A stretch of DNA of 64,000 nt, taken from the NCBI GenBank assembly GCA_010093815.1, contig ML996575.1. One strand, 5' to 3'. This stretch comes from Pseudovirgaria hyperparasitica (lineage: Eukaryota). The notes beneath the pieces were generated by a model. It was given only the letters and a program-made list of their open reading frames with translations, was not told the origin of the DNA and did not search any database. Positions 50,469 to 63,100 of this stretch are shown here, piece after piece. Made by a program: the position numbers and the translations under genes. The first letter of the stretch is position 1. Every line of letters starts with the position of its first letter.

Positions 50469-53444
50469 ATGGACGGCGTTACTAGTAGCTATAGTACCGA
50501 TTTAGTATATTAGTCTAATATATATAGTAGAAATACTATGTCCATGGCGACGAGGGCGTCTAGTACTATATATTTAACGAAAACGTTCGAAGAGGAGAGT
50601 GGTATATATATTATAGTAGACTAGAGTAGACGTGATAATCCGTCCGACGTAAGTATATATAGTCTAGGTTTATAGTAGTAACTGATTTAGTAGGCCCGAT
50701 TCGGTTAATTCGATAGTAAGTTTATAGAGCGCCTTATAATATAGATGAATCGGTTCGGTATTTCGAATGTAGTATACGATGAATTAACTACTATCCTTAA
50801 ATAGACTTCCGCTATACCCCCCGACCTTTTTATACTAAAATCTAATGTCGTGCGTAAGTAGTTATTATACTACCCTAAAGGGATACCGCACGAAAGTTAG
50901 TAGCGTAGCTACGATATATTTAGTACTACCATAGTCGAATACTAGTATAGGGATCCGCTTACGTTAGTGGAATTCCTCCTTAGGTACCGACCGTTCGCTA
51001 GTAAGCTTATGTTTAAGCCGGTATAATAATTTACTAGTTTAGGCGACCGGGTATATAGTAAAGCCTATATAGTAGATAGTTAGTAGGATATGTACGCTAC
51101 TATTCCGGATAGTACCGTCGTCGTCTCTATTGTTTTATCTTCGGATAAGACGAACCTTACTAACCATGGTAGTAATAGAGTAGCATGGCTAGTCTACCTA
51201 TCTATTTATAATCTACTACTAAACGTCCGCTTATCTAGGAGTCTACTATTATTTCTACTACTTACTCTATTACTAGTAGTTAAGCTAGAAACGGTAGCGA
51301 ATTGCTTTATGTTCCATTAGGTTATGAGTAAAGTTCTAGTCTATATATCTACCCATAATAGAGTCGTTAACTATGCTAATTATTATATAGCGTTATAGGC
51401 TATATAGAGTACTAGAGTCCTAGTATTATATGCTAATGGCGGCTCGCGTAAGTACTATCCACGTTTAGCTTTATATATTATAGATTTTCCGGAGTAGGTG
51501 CTTATCACGGGTGTATCCCATTAGTATGCATGTCTAATATATATAGTCCCTGGTAATAGACGACAGTATCTACGAGAAGCCATTACTAGTATATAGAAGT
51601 TCCGTATATACTCGTCGTTATAGGAATAGGTTTACCGTATACGTCGCGAGTTAATAACTAATAGCCACGGTAGCGAGTATACTAGTAGTGAGATAGATAA
51701 TAGGACGAGTATACCCGGTGTCTTATCGTTTTCGTCGACGTCTTTCGCGCTAGTAGCATAGGGCTATTATATTCGCTAATCGGTTAAGAGTCGGTATTCT
51801 AGTAGGTGGATAGAGCTATTAGATAATTTCGCCTAGTCACTTACTAGAGTTAATATACACCGCGCGGTCGCTCCGGACATTCTATATTAACTATATAAGG
51901 GTATATTAGAACACACGTTTAATTAGATAGTCTCGTATATTATTAATTAAGAGCGTACGGGACATAAGTTAAAGGGTATGTTTACTAGTATACCCCCTAT
52001 AGAACGAGTAAAGAAGGCGATCGATAAGCGATTCGCGTCTATTAGGGTATTCGGTCGTCATAATCTACTCACGTATATAACTTTAGTAATATAATAGACG
52101 GGGGCGATGTTTAAGCGTATACTAGTAGTGTTTATAGTCGCGTTTAAACCGCTCCTATATTATGATCGACACTTCCTAAGCGCAGTGCGGGCGGTTATTA
52201 ATATATACATGTTAGCGGCGTACCATACGCATGATACGTAGATACTAGCATACTTAGAAGAGGCTATATTACGCTTAGACAACCTAAAATACTAGTTTAT
52301 ACCATATCGTGGATATAAATCGGAGGATAATCATTTTAACTTTCCGAAGTTCCATGTATTATCGTACCTGGTTAATGCTATTAAATACCATGGTTCGTTA
52401 CATCTAATATCGGTAGAGCTACTAGAGCGATCTTATATCGTAGTAAAGGAATTATATCGAGGTTTAAATAAGAGGGAGACGTTTCTATAGTAGATGCTAG
52501 TAGTAGACACACGCACGACGAATACTAAAATCTCTAGTAGTATAGAGGTGGCGGCTAGTACTAGTATATTAGTGGCCCCTAGCCTAGAGTAGCTCGATAA
52601 TATACGTAAGCTAGTCGGCCAGCGGCGTATTCTAAAGGAGCCACGCCGGAGTAAATATATACTCTACGTCTTATAGAGCCATAGACTATCTATATTCTAC
52701 TAGACTACTATCGGCAACCTCCACGACGTGTATAGTGGTAGTTTTATATTACTCGATACGGTTATACCCTTTATACGTAACTATCGTAATCGGCTTATCG
52801 GGGATAATATATCGAAAGGTACGAATGTCGAACGTATTAAAAAGGACCCTTCGTGGGCACGGGTCCTTCCTATCTATATATACGAGACTATATATATACC
52901 GATACGACTAGATAGAGACATATCTATAGAGGCCTTCGACCCGATTCGGGTAAGGTATACCCGCAACTAGTAAAAGAGTAGTAAGGCTAGGGAGGATTAT
53001 ATAATGGTATAGGAGTTTAACGAGGGTAGTAACCACCTTAACGGGAAGCGGGTTAGTAAAGTCCGTATGTTTCTAGAGGTATATAATATAGAGAGTATTG
53101 ACGTAACCAGTGGTATAGTAGCGCGATTCCTAGGTGTGTTAGTTAAACTACTTAATAACTTAGGTAGAGGTAATGTCGATACTATTAGTAGTCTTATACT
53201 ATTACGTATAGCGGGTTAAAGGTCTAGTAATAAGACTCGTACGATGGATAGGTTCCGTGTCTACGAGCTAGAGCATGTCCTACGCCCTATATAGATTATA
53301 TTATATTAGTTAGTTATGGATGGTTCATTCTAGTTAAACACGTATAGTAATTAGGGGATCTATAATAAGGTATATAACCTAGACTTCTAGGCTATAAATA
53401 GACGAAACGTGACCGTAGCGTTAAAACACGGGCGCGTGTCGTAA
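50469..53444 (+). pseudogene. RIP-ed Plavaka-family (CACTA-related) transposase
   Basis: De-RIP: YRDPL..VEFLL, RVYSEAYTADSWWDM, IVLSSDKTNLT (SDKT 51141-51152), AWPVYLSI.NL, CADG..RKCYPRLA.YI.DFPEQ, CP.C.VP, PDILHQLYKG, IDKRF, FNFPKFH.L.H and E..ERSHI..VK..YR.SNK. Confidence 0.9.
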
Positions 53445-53891
53445 GTCTATCGCTATCTACTACCGCCTACCATAGTATACCGGCATATACCGGCATATAG
53501 CGGAAGTTATGGTTTATATATAGTAGCACTCGATAGTCATATCCTACACTAGGATATCTCTAAGGAATAATCGTGGTTTATTACGATCGGTTCTATAAAA
53601 GGCTTATATTTAATAACTATCTATAATTTTAGCCAAGGAGCATCTAGGGATACACCTCCTTATTATCTAATAATTACTAGCTAGTATAAAAACTCTACGC
53701 CTCTAAAAGGGGCATATAGAACTTAAAGGATCCTCGTTCACGGGTAGAACTAGACACGGATAGTATTAACCTAATATAGATAGATTATATACATTAATAC
53801 CCTGAAATCCGAACTATGTCTCTAGGCCTACTAGACCTAGCTCGTACCCGATTCTAATGTTTTCGTTATTCGCGTTTATACCTCGTTAGAT

Positions 53892-54020
53892 ACCGGGTAT
53901 ATAACGAGTCTATGGTTAAGTAAGTGTTAGGTATATAACGAGTCTATTAATGAATAAGTGCCGGGTATATAACGAGTCTATATGAATAAGTATAAATGAG
54001 TATATACCGGGTATATAACG
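53892..54020. repeat. About four copies of an about 35-bp unit
   Basis: ccgggtatataacgagtctat.. recurs four times downstream of the transposase. Confidence 0.8.
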
Positions 54021-54137
54021 CTCTTACTAGGGAAACGTCTTCCTTAAGTATCTCCCCCTCCTAATATTTCTCCTTCTCTTCCTTTATTCTTTCTCTAGCC
54101 TTATAAGTATAGTTAGACTTATATTACTATATTATCG

Positions 54138-56850
54138 ATGTGTACGTTCTTATATAGACCGTTAGAAACTACGGTAACTAGATATACGTTCTCGTAATAG
54201 ATAAATATACCGCACTAATGCGTCGTATTATTCGTGTTTAATATAAGGGTTCGCTACTATAATTATTCGTTATTACGCTCGTCTATCTCTTCTTAATAAT
54301 AGTACTAATCGATAACGACCTATTATAGAGATGATAGTTAGTATTACGTACTTCTCTTAAATATTCGTATATTAATATTATATAAGCACATGCTTCGCGG
54401 AGGTCCTCTATCCTTCCCTTAAGCTACCTAGACTATCCCCTAATCGCTAAAAACTCTTATATCTAACTATTTCTACTATTTATTTCTTGGTTCTACTTGT
54501 TAGGCTTCGAACGATAGCGAACTACGACGGGTTAGCGGTTATCTATATTTTACGTATACCGAGTTAGTATATCTGAATATAATAGATGATAGTGTGTTTA
54601 TAATAGTATATACTAGATCTTATAGTATTCCTCTTTGGCGGTAGATCTATATAGTCGTAAAGACGGCCTACTATCCTATCGTGCCTATATACTACGCTAC
54701 TCTTTTATCATATATAGATAGTATTACCGGAGTAGGGCCATCGCCCGGTAAACTTAACGTTATATATAGAGTATTATATATTTAACGTTGTTATTTCACG
54801 TGCCCTATATTAGTGCGGGATCGGATACCGGCCGTATATTTCCCCGCCTCTATTAAATTAACGAGTTATTACCGAAAACTATACGGACTACTCGCGTTAA
54901 TGTAGCCGTAACGTACGTGTTATACCTACGCCTATTATATAGTGTACATGCCTATTATATAGTGTACATGTCTCGTCTCTCTATTACCCTAGTAATATAT
55001 ACTATTCCCTATTCCGTCTACCTATAGCTACGTCCGGCCAGCCGCGAATAAATAGCCGAGTAGAAGCGAGTCTCGACCTACTTTATATATTCAGAGCGTC
55101 TAATAGGTAGAAACTTCGGGTATACATGGAAGAGTTGATTTAGGAGGAATTTACTAGCCTATTACTAAACCTACGTAGTAAGGAAGTAAAGGACCACCAT
55201 ATAAAACGAGAGCGTTACCTATAGACAGTCATAGATGAATGTATATTTATTAACGGTAGTTATACTATTTCACGGGTAGATGCCATGTATTAACTTAATA
55301 CTATATTCTTAGTATTTACGCGTAACTAGCGGCGGTTGGCTAAATACTATCGTATACGTTAAAACGATGCCCCGGGCTAGACGAGCCGTCGTAATATTAT
55401 ATATACCCTATGAACCCGCCTAATATATCTAGCTAACCTAGTTATTCGACTGTCGGACTACTAGTATCTATATCTTCTAAGGTAGCCGTGCCGCCGTATT
55501 ATATATATATGCCTATAGTCCTTATCCGCGATTATACTCGGGTCACCCTAGTACTAATAACGGCTATATAGAATGGCACGACGCCGTTAAATATTAAGGG
55601 TGTAAAAATACGCGATATAGTAGGTCTTAGTATAAATAAACTATTAGAATTTATTAGCTCGTCTATGGATATACTAGGGGACGTAGGCGGTTATAGGCAT
55701 GGTCGCGTCTACCTAGAGTACCCGATTCTACCGAGCGAGTCGAGTGATATAATCCTTTATAAGGATAGTTTAGACTAGGTATTATAGTAGGCTATTAAAT
55801 AGGTACTAGGCTTAGGACTAGATCGGGTGGTTTTCCGCGTGGGCGATATAAATGGTATATTTAGAAGCCTACTATAACGTGTTAACTATAATCCAACTAT
55901 ATAGGAACGTCGCGCTATAAGTATAGTAGCGGGATTCATCCGTCTAGCGCGTGTAGGTAAGCTCGAGATATATATACGCCGATAGATATCGGCATATATC
56001 GACATATTACGACTACTAAGCGGTATATACTAATGTATACTAGTATATCCGGTATATACTAGTATAATACCGTCGCTCTTCCGTGGACATAATACCATTT
56101 ATATATCTTAGGTTTTCGGTTATCGGTTACGTATAGTATCATATACACGGCGGATACCTTACTAGATTTAGGTCTTTCGTCGATAGTATATAGATACGCC
56201 CTAGTCCACTCGATATAGGTGTAGTTAACGCTTCACCTACTTAAACGATAGACGTTAATAACGATACGACTAGTATATTTACCTATTATATTATTAGCTA
56301 GCTAACGTTATATTAGGAGAGTCGAGCGCCGCCGTCCCGCCTACTCCACCCGTCGATGTTAATATGCTAGCGATTATAACCTAATCGCCTTACGAATCGA
56401 TATATAATGCCGGTACGCTTAAGAGTTCGAGCGAACGTATAAAAGTCTAATATTATATACTATTTAGGGTCGGGGAGGAAGCGCCTACCGACGTAGTAGT
56501 TATTAAGGCGATGGTAGAAGTCTATATATAACTAGATATACTAAGTCCGCCTCCTTCTTATATGGTCCTATTACTAGATAATGTTACCGGTTTTAATATT
56601 GCGGGAGAGGAGTTTATAGACACGAACCCATGAATATCGGTATAACATCGGCTCGATAGTACGTATTATAGTATAAGGTAAGTTATATTTAAGCGGTAGT
56701 TAGACACGTGCGCTAGTATACTAACGGATATATAGTGTCTCTACCATGAATAGAATAGGCAAGGCATGGCTAGTAATATCTTACTACCTAGAAGAGATAG
56801 TTACCGTAGAATTTAGGAGATAGGCTCGGCGTCTATGGCGTTAGTGTGTC
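54138..56850 (+). pseudogene. RIP-ed multi-exon ORF(s) of unknown function
   Basis: Several 80-130 codon stretches with mostly RIP-type stops (about 54500-54910, 55127-55400, 55510-55855, 56310-56680), separated by intron-like segments. No family recognised. Confidence 0.4.
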
Positions 56851-57242
56851 GGACGGTTGAACTTTTATATAATACTATTCACTTATACCTATATTTACCT
56901 AAGCCCCGATTCGATAGCCTTCTATAATATACTATATACTCGGTCGGCGAGCTACTAGACTCATATAATAGTAGTATACTACCCCACTTTATATACTACT
57001 TAAGCTACTATTACTTTAGCCTACGTTAATCTTAGCTTCCTTTAGTCGTCCCTATGTTATAAAAGAAAACTTCTATAAACCTTTCCTCTACTTATCTTGG
57101 TTTTTAAACCTAAATCTTACCTTCTATACTTTATTCCGTGTTAATCACGACTATATATGAACGCTACGTTAAACTCGACTCTATTAACCCTTAAGGTCTA
57201 TTCCATATAATAGTTAACGAGGTTATATTTATAGTTTATAAT

Positions 57243-60175
57243 ATGGATTAAGAACTCGTTATATTCGGCGATGTTTAGGACTAGTCTACGCTCGACGTAA
57301 TTAAGCCTTACGTTTAAGCCGAGTCTCACGTTTAAGTCGAGCCTTACGTTTAAGTCGAGCCTTATACTTAAGTCGAGTCTTACGTTTAAGCCGAGCCTTA
57401 CGTTTAAGTCGAGCCTTACGTTTAAGCCGATCCTTATGTTTAAGTCGAGCCTTACGTTTAAGCCGATCCTTACGTTTAAGCCGATCCTTACGTTTAAGCC
57501 AAGCCTTACGTTTAAGCCGATCCTTACGTTTAAGCCGAGCCTTACGCTTAAGTCGAAGCTTACGATACGACTACCGTCTTAACCGATAATAAACCACTCG
57601 TCTTTAGTATACTTACTAGTAACTACCGTCCTAACGACGAGTATAAACTTAAGAAGGTCTAAAGTAGTAAGGCTCCCGTTCCTATTTACGCCACCTATTA
57701 GATCTCTCTTATATAGGGCGATCTATAGTTAACCTTTAGGAATATCTATAGTATTAGTAGAGAAACAGATGGACTTAAGTAGAAATAAGCGAAAACTTAA
57801 GCCGAGCTTAAGCTAGTAGTATTTAAGGCTCGTGGTAAAGGTCACGGCTTCGAAGAGTTAATTAGTTATATATATAGATTCCTTGAATTCCCTAAGTACC
57901 GCTCTTAGATTAAGTTACGTGCTCGCTTCCGATGGATTAATAAAGGGAAATCGGTATCCTTAATAAGCTTACTCCGCTTCAATCGTACTAACATCCTCCT
58001 ATTATCCGACCACCCTATAGTATAGATCTTTAAGGTTAAGTAAGTAGACGACTTTATCGAGTATTTTCCTAAACTTTCTAATCTCATTGTAAGCGAAGTA
58101 GATAAAGCTAATATACTATATATTAACACCGGCCTCTACGAAGACCCTCGCGACTTTTAGGTTATTAAACTTATAGCTAGCGAGCTTCTTAGTGTAGGTT
58201 TTACTATCCCGTTATATATTAGACCCGATATAATATATAAACGAGTGAAGTAATTCTTTGAAGATCTAGGTACTTATACTATAGTTCGTATCTTACTACC
58301 GCTACGTAACCCTATGGATCTTACCGGCTTTAATAATAAGCTTAAACTAGAGAGCGATCCGATTAATTCATGGTATATAGAAGTTACTACTCCCTATATA
58401 TAATACGGCATAATAAGTAGGCCGGATACTTAGCCCTAGATCTCTATTCTCTACCGCGAGTCATTCGATAAGAAATTCGACTACCTAATATATATCGCTA
58501 TAAGTACCTTATAAGATAAATAGGCGGATCTTCTATTATCCTAATTCCAAGACGTTACCGTCGGGTATATCTAGCTCTTAGGTGTTACTCGGGCGCTCTT
58601 AGCTATCGTCTATCCCATCGATGCGAAAGAATTCTATCGCATAGAACCAGGTAGTCGTAGGTACCTTAAAGTGGATTCAAAGGATTATAATAACGACGCG
58701 TACCGCTTTAAAGTCCTTCCATTTCGTCTAGGCGTCCTTCTATTCGAATGTCTCGCTCTAAAAGTCTTCGATAAGGTTAGGCGTCCTCCTAAAGTACCTA
58801 AGATACCGATTATATTAATGGATATAGTTACTAATGTAACTCGAGCTCGTCCTAAACATTTCATTCGGACTAGTAATACTAGTTTAAGTATAATCGGGTC
58901 GTCCCTTACTACGCTTATAGGGTTCATAGACGTTCCGGCTTTAGTTAGCGTATAAATCTACAATAAGCTTACTAAGTAACGCATTAATACGTGCTAGAAA
59001 CTAACCTACCACGCCGTGTAAGCTCCTAGAGACGGCGGCGTAGACGACCACGCCGCTTAGGATGCGTTTAATACGATAGTCCTTAATGTTATCGTGGACT
59101 CGGTATCTATGTCTCTAATACATGGGTCCCCTAACCCTAATAACGAGATTCTAGATCATAGTACGGAGCCTTAGGATACCCTCGTTACTCTTTCTAAATT
59201 ATCTATATCCCTAGATAATAATAAGGACACGAATATAGAACATAGTCACGATGTTATTAGCAACGAAGGTTCCATTACTAGCCCCGTCGCCGATATACAT
59301 ACACTCCTAATATCGTCCAAAGTCTACTCTAGTGTCCTATCCCCTTTACTACCCTCCGTATAGGATCTAATACTCGGTAATAACTATCTAAATCTTTAAC
59401 CCGTCGACTATAACCGCTACGTTAAAGATTATAAAAGATTCTACGATCTCTAGGATATTATACCTTCGGAACTATCTCCCTAATAATGGTATGTCTATAT
59501 ATAGGCGACGGACGTACTTAGGGCTTAGTTCCTACTTTACGGCTATGGAGAAGCTAGAAAGAGCTATTTATGGCTTCGTCTACTACTAGCTACACTTCTA
59601 ATTAATAAAATAAACGGTGCTCCTATCATCGCTTATACTACTAAGGTAGTTATTCTATCTAGCGATGTAATAGCGCACCTCCCTACGCTAGGTTCCACCT
59701 AAATATATAGAATATACATACATGTTATTATCGGCCTAACTAACGAAACCTACGACGACGCTATAAGAAAAGCATATAAATATACGAGTAATATATTTAC
59801 TCGCTATAAGTCTCTAAAGATACTAGTCGTTCTTTAAAGATGCCCCGAAGCCGTTAATCGAGAGGTTTTCTTTACTATAGCTAGACTATCTTATCGCGGT
59901 AACCCTCTTATCGGGCTAACCTAGAACGATATAATAGACGGTACCATCCTCGCGTAAGCCTAGGCCGACCATAGTAAACGACCATTAGAATATAGCACGG
60001 ATCCCCGTACTCGTCTATGGAAACTATATACCGGTTACGTTGCGCTCGAGGTCGTTAGACTCGTTAAATCTCGATACCAATACGAATGGATCCCTAAGAA
60101 TTTCGAGAAAGAAACGGCTCGGCTATTACGCGCTATCTATAAACGTTACTATTAGGACGGGAACCATAATAGACC
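57243..60175 (+). pseudogene. RIP-ed Upf1/DNA2-NAM7-like SF1 helicase, N-terminal about 970 codons, truncated by Gypsy #2
   Basis: De-RIP with legal CpA/TpG reversions only: Q-motif ELSPQQ (59469), Walker A FLLHG.GEAGKS (59529-59564), motif Ia HVIIGPTNETCDD (59721) and LVVL.R. One possible frameshift near 58400. Confidence 0.6.
57303..57554 (+). repeat. 14 x 18-bp coding tandem repeat, de-RIP (E/D)PHVQ(A/V)
   Basis: ga(g/t)ccttacgtttaag(c/t)c x14, in frame with the ATG at 57243. One unit retains CAC. Confidence 0.9.
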
Positions 60176-63100
60176 TGTATAGACCATTCTAATCCATGTA
60201 GCTACGTAGTGGCTAGAGCTGGGTTAAGTTAGCTAAGTTAAGCGAGGTTACTATATAAGTAGACCGTATAAACCGATTCCTACTCGTTAGGAATTAACCT
60301 CGTATAAGAGTAAGATTACTCTATAAATATATTCCTATGTCTCTCTATAAACTATTAGACTACTATCCTATATCTTCACTCTTTATATTTTAATTCCTCT
60401 CTATATAGCACGATAGTAGCTTATAGAGATAGCTCCTACTACGCGCTATAATACCCATGGCACTATCTTATACGAGAGACTCTCTCTAAATCTAAACGAA
60501 GAGAATAGTCTCCCTACGACCACCTCTACTAATAAGTATACTCTATAGACTATCGTACTAATAACTAGTACGGCATTCTATATAACCATAGAAGATTACC
60601 TAGATAATAAGGAAGGAGTCTATTATACTCCATCGCGGTCTAGTTTATACTATACTAGACCCATCCTTACTATAAGACTAGACCCTATTAACGTTAACGA
60701 ATTAATTTATTAGAACCGACTAACGTTAACCACGCCTTACGACGATATATATACTAAGCTATACACAGAGAGATAGCGTTAGGCTTAGCTTAAGTAGTAA
60801 CTTCGCGAACTTAACGAAGCGCGAGAACGAACCGCTAGACTCGAAGCCGTACTACGCGCTTTAGTACTAGTAGTAACTAACCTATACTAATATAGACTAA
60901 CTTAAGCCGAAATAGTCTAACTAAGTCTATTACTATCCCAGTTACCTTAGCCTAAGAAACTACCTTACTTTAATGGTAAAACTAGGAGGAGCTTTTATAA
61001 ATAGGCTTACTAGTATAGCTAATTCTTCCACCTATTCACGAACGATAGTAATAAGATTAGGTTCGCATAGAACTACCTAGACCTAACGCTATCTGAACGT
61101 TAGATAGTATATTAAATTAAACACCCTAAGGATACGTATAACTAGGACACGTTCACTAAATTCCTTCTTTAATGCTTTGGTAATAGAGCCGAGCGACGCG
61201 AATAGACTTAGAGCTATATCTTTAAGACTTAATAGCGAGAGAGATAATCCCTATTATAACTCCTCGAATACCTCCAACCTCTTTAGAGAGAAGCTAAGGA
61301 AGATTATATAGTTCGATAATACGACGACTTTAAAAGGTCCCTTAACCCGAGTGTAAAGGAACGCATCGACCTTATAACGTCTATCCCTACCGACCTTTAG
61401 GTACTTGCGAATCTTATAGAACGATATTAGCGTATAATAAATAACTAACGTTATATAGACGCACGACTATCTCTATTAATCTAATCCGATACGAAATCGT
61501 CTAAAGAGGACCGGTTTAGTAATAGATTACGTAGAATACCTCGTGGGCACTACTACTCTACGAACTCGAGAAGACGAGACCCGTACCGCGGATCTTTCTA
61601 CTAGTCGATATATCGAGACGCGAGAAACGACTCGTATAAATAATCTAAAGTCACCTACTATACCTATAGTAGGATAGGCTATATAGCACCCGAGTGCCGC
61701 TTAGGGAAACCACTAAATACTAATATAGATACTAAGTTAGTTATATACTATAAGTGCTAGTAGCTAGGATACATCGCGTCTAACTACCCGGTATACGATA
61801 TAAAAAACTAACTACCTATAAGGAACCCTCGCAACTCGTAGGCGTAACTAAAATAGAGGGATAACCAGCTAACTAGTACATCGAACTATAGGCTAGGCCT
61901 ATTAAGGTCCCTCGTGGATAATATTAGACCGTAATACTTAATAGCGGTTTAGCTACTAACGTTATATCGACTTAACGAGCACGAGAACTTAACGTTAATA
62001 TTTAAGTACTAATAGATGCTACCTTCTATAGTATCGATAGTCCTATTAAATTATAGGGTACCTATACTATTAAATACGGCATCTAGGATAGCGGGGGGAA
62101 GTAGAAACCCTACTACTTAACCTTCATCGTAGTAGATAGTCCCTTCGACATAATCCTTAGTATACCATAGCTCGAAAAATATAACCCGAAACTAGACTTC
62201 ATCTAGAAAACAGCTAGCTAGCGCATGTACCCACTATAATAGAACCTAGTATAGCTAGTTAACGACGAATAATTCTAGAAGGACTATAAAAAGGTAATCT
62301 CCGCTATCTACGTCCTCTTACTTACTTAAAATAGAGAGCTTAGTATTAAAGTAAACGAAAACCTACTATATTAGTATAAAATATACTAATATATCGCGTT
62401 AGTGATCGACTTATCTAAATTACCTTAATACTAACCTAACGACCTTACTATTAACCTTAAAGACGGTTAATAACCCCTATACGGACCTATCTACCCTCTA
62501 TTAGAACCCGAGCTATAGGTCCTCCGAGAATACATCGAAAAGAACCTTACGCGAGGATAGATTAGGCCTAGTATATCTCTAGCCGGAGCTCTAATTCTCT
62601 TTATAAAGAAGAAGGATAGGAGTCTCTATCTATGTATTAACTACCGTAGCCTAAATAATATCACGCGAAAGAATTATTACCTACTACCTCTTATCTCTAA
62701 GTCTATTAATAGACTAGGGCGCGCGAAGATCTTTACTAAGCTCGATCTACACGACGTCTACTACCGCCTATATATTAAGAAGGGCGATGAGTAGAAAACG
62801 GCGTTTAGGACCCGTTATGGACACTTCGAGTATATAGTGGTCCCTTTTAGACTAACTAACGCGCTAGGAACCTTCTAAGCGTATATTAATAACGCGCTAG
62901 TAGGCCTACTCGATATAACGTGCATCGTATACCTTAATAATATCCTTATCTTCTCTAATAACGAAGAAGAATATATCTAGCACGTACGCGTAGTCCTAGA
63001 TAGGCTAGAAAAACATAAGCTATATATTAAGCTATCTAAATACGAGTTCTACTAGGACCACGTTAACTTCCTTGGCTTCGTTATTACTAATTAAGGTATA

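Larger units (their letters stand above)
47078..60175 (+). mobile_element. Large multi-gene Plavaka-transposase element (left end about 47078; right end not in window)
   Basis: Gypsy #1 protease is cut at about 47077, followed by cagcgctcccaag-tactcctaag-tactccctaag repeats. The span contains a Plavaka transposase and several uniformly RIP-ed ORFs. Extent is inferred and crosses an assembly gap. Confidence 0.55.

Noticed and set aside
57303..57554. CRISPR-like array
   Set aside because: Units are contiguous with no unique spacers and in frame within an ORF. The context is eukaryotic with no cas genes.
59129..59140. CCCTAACCCTAA telomere-like repeat
   Set aside because: Only two units, inside the helicase frame, and easily produced by RIP.
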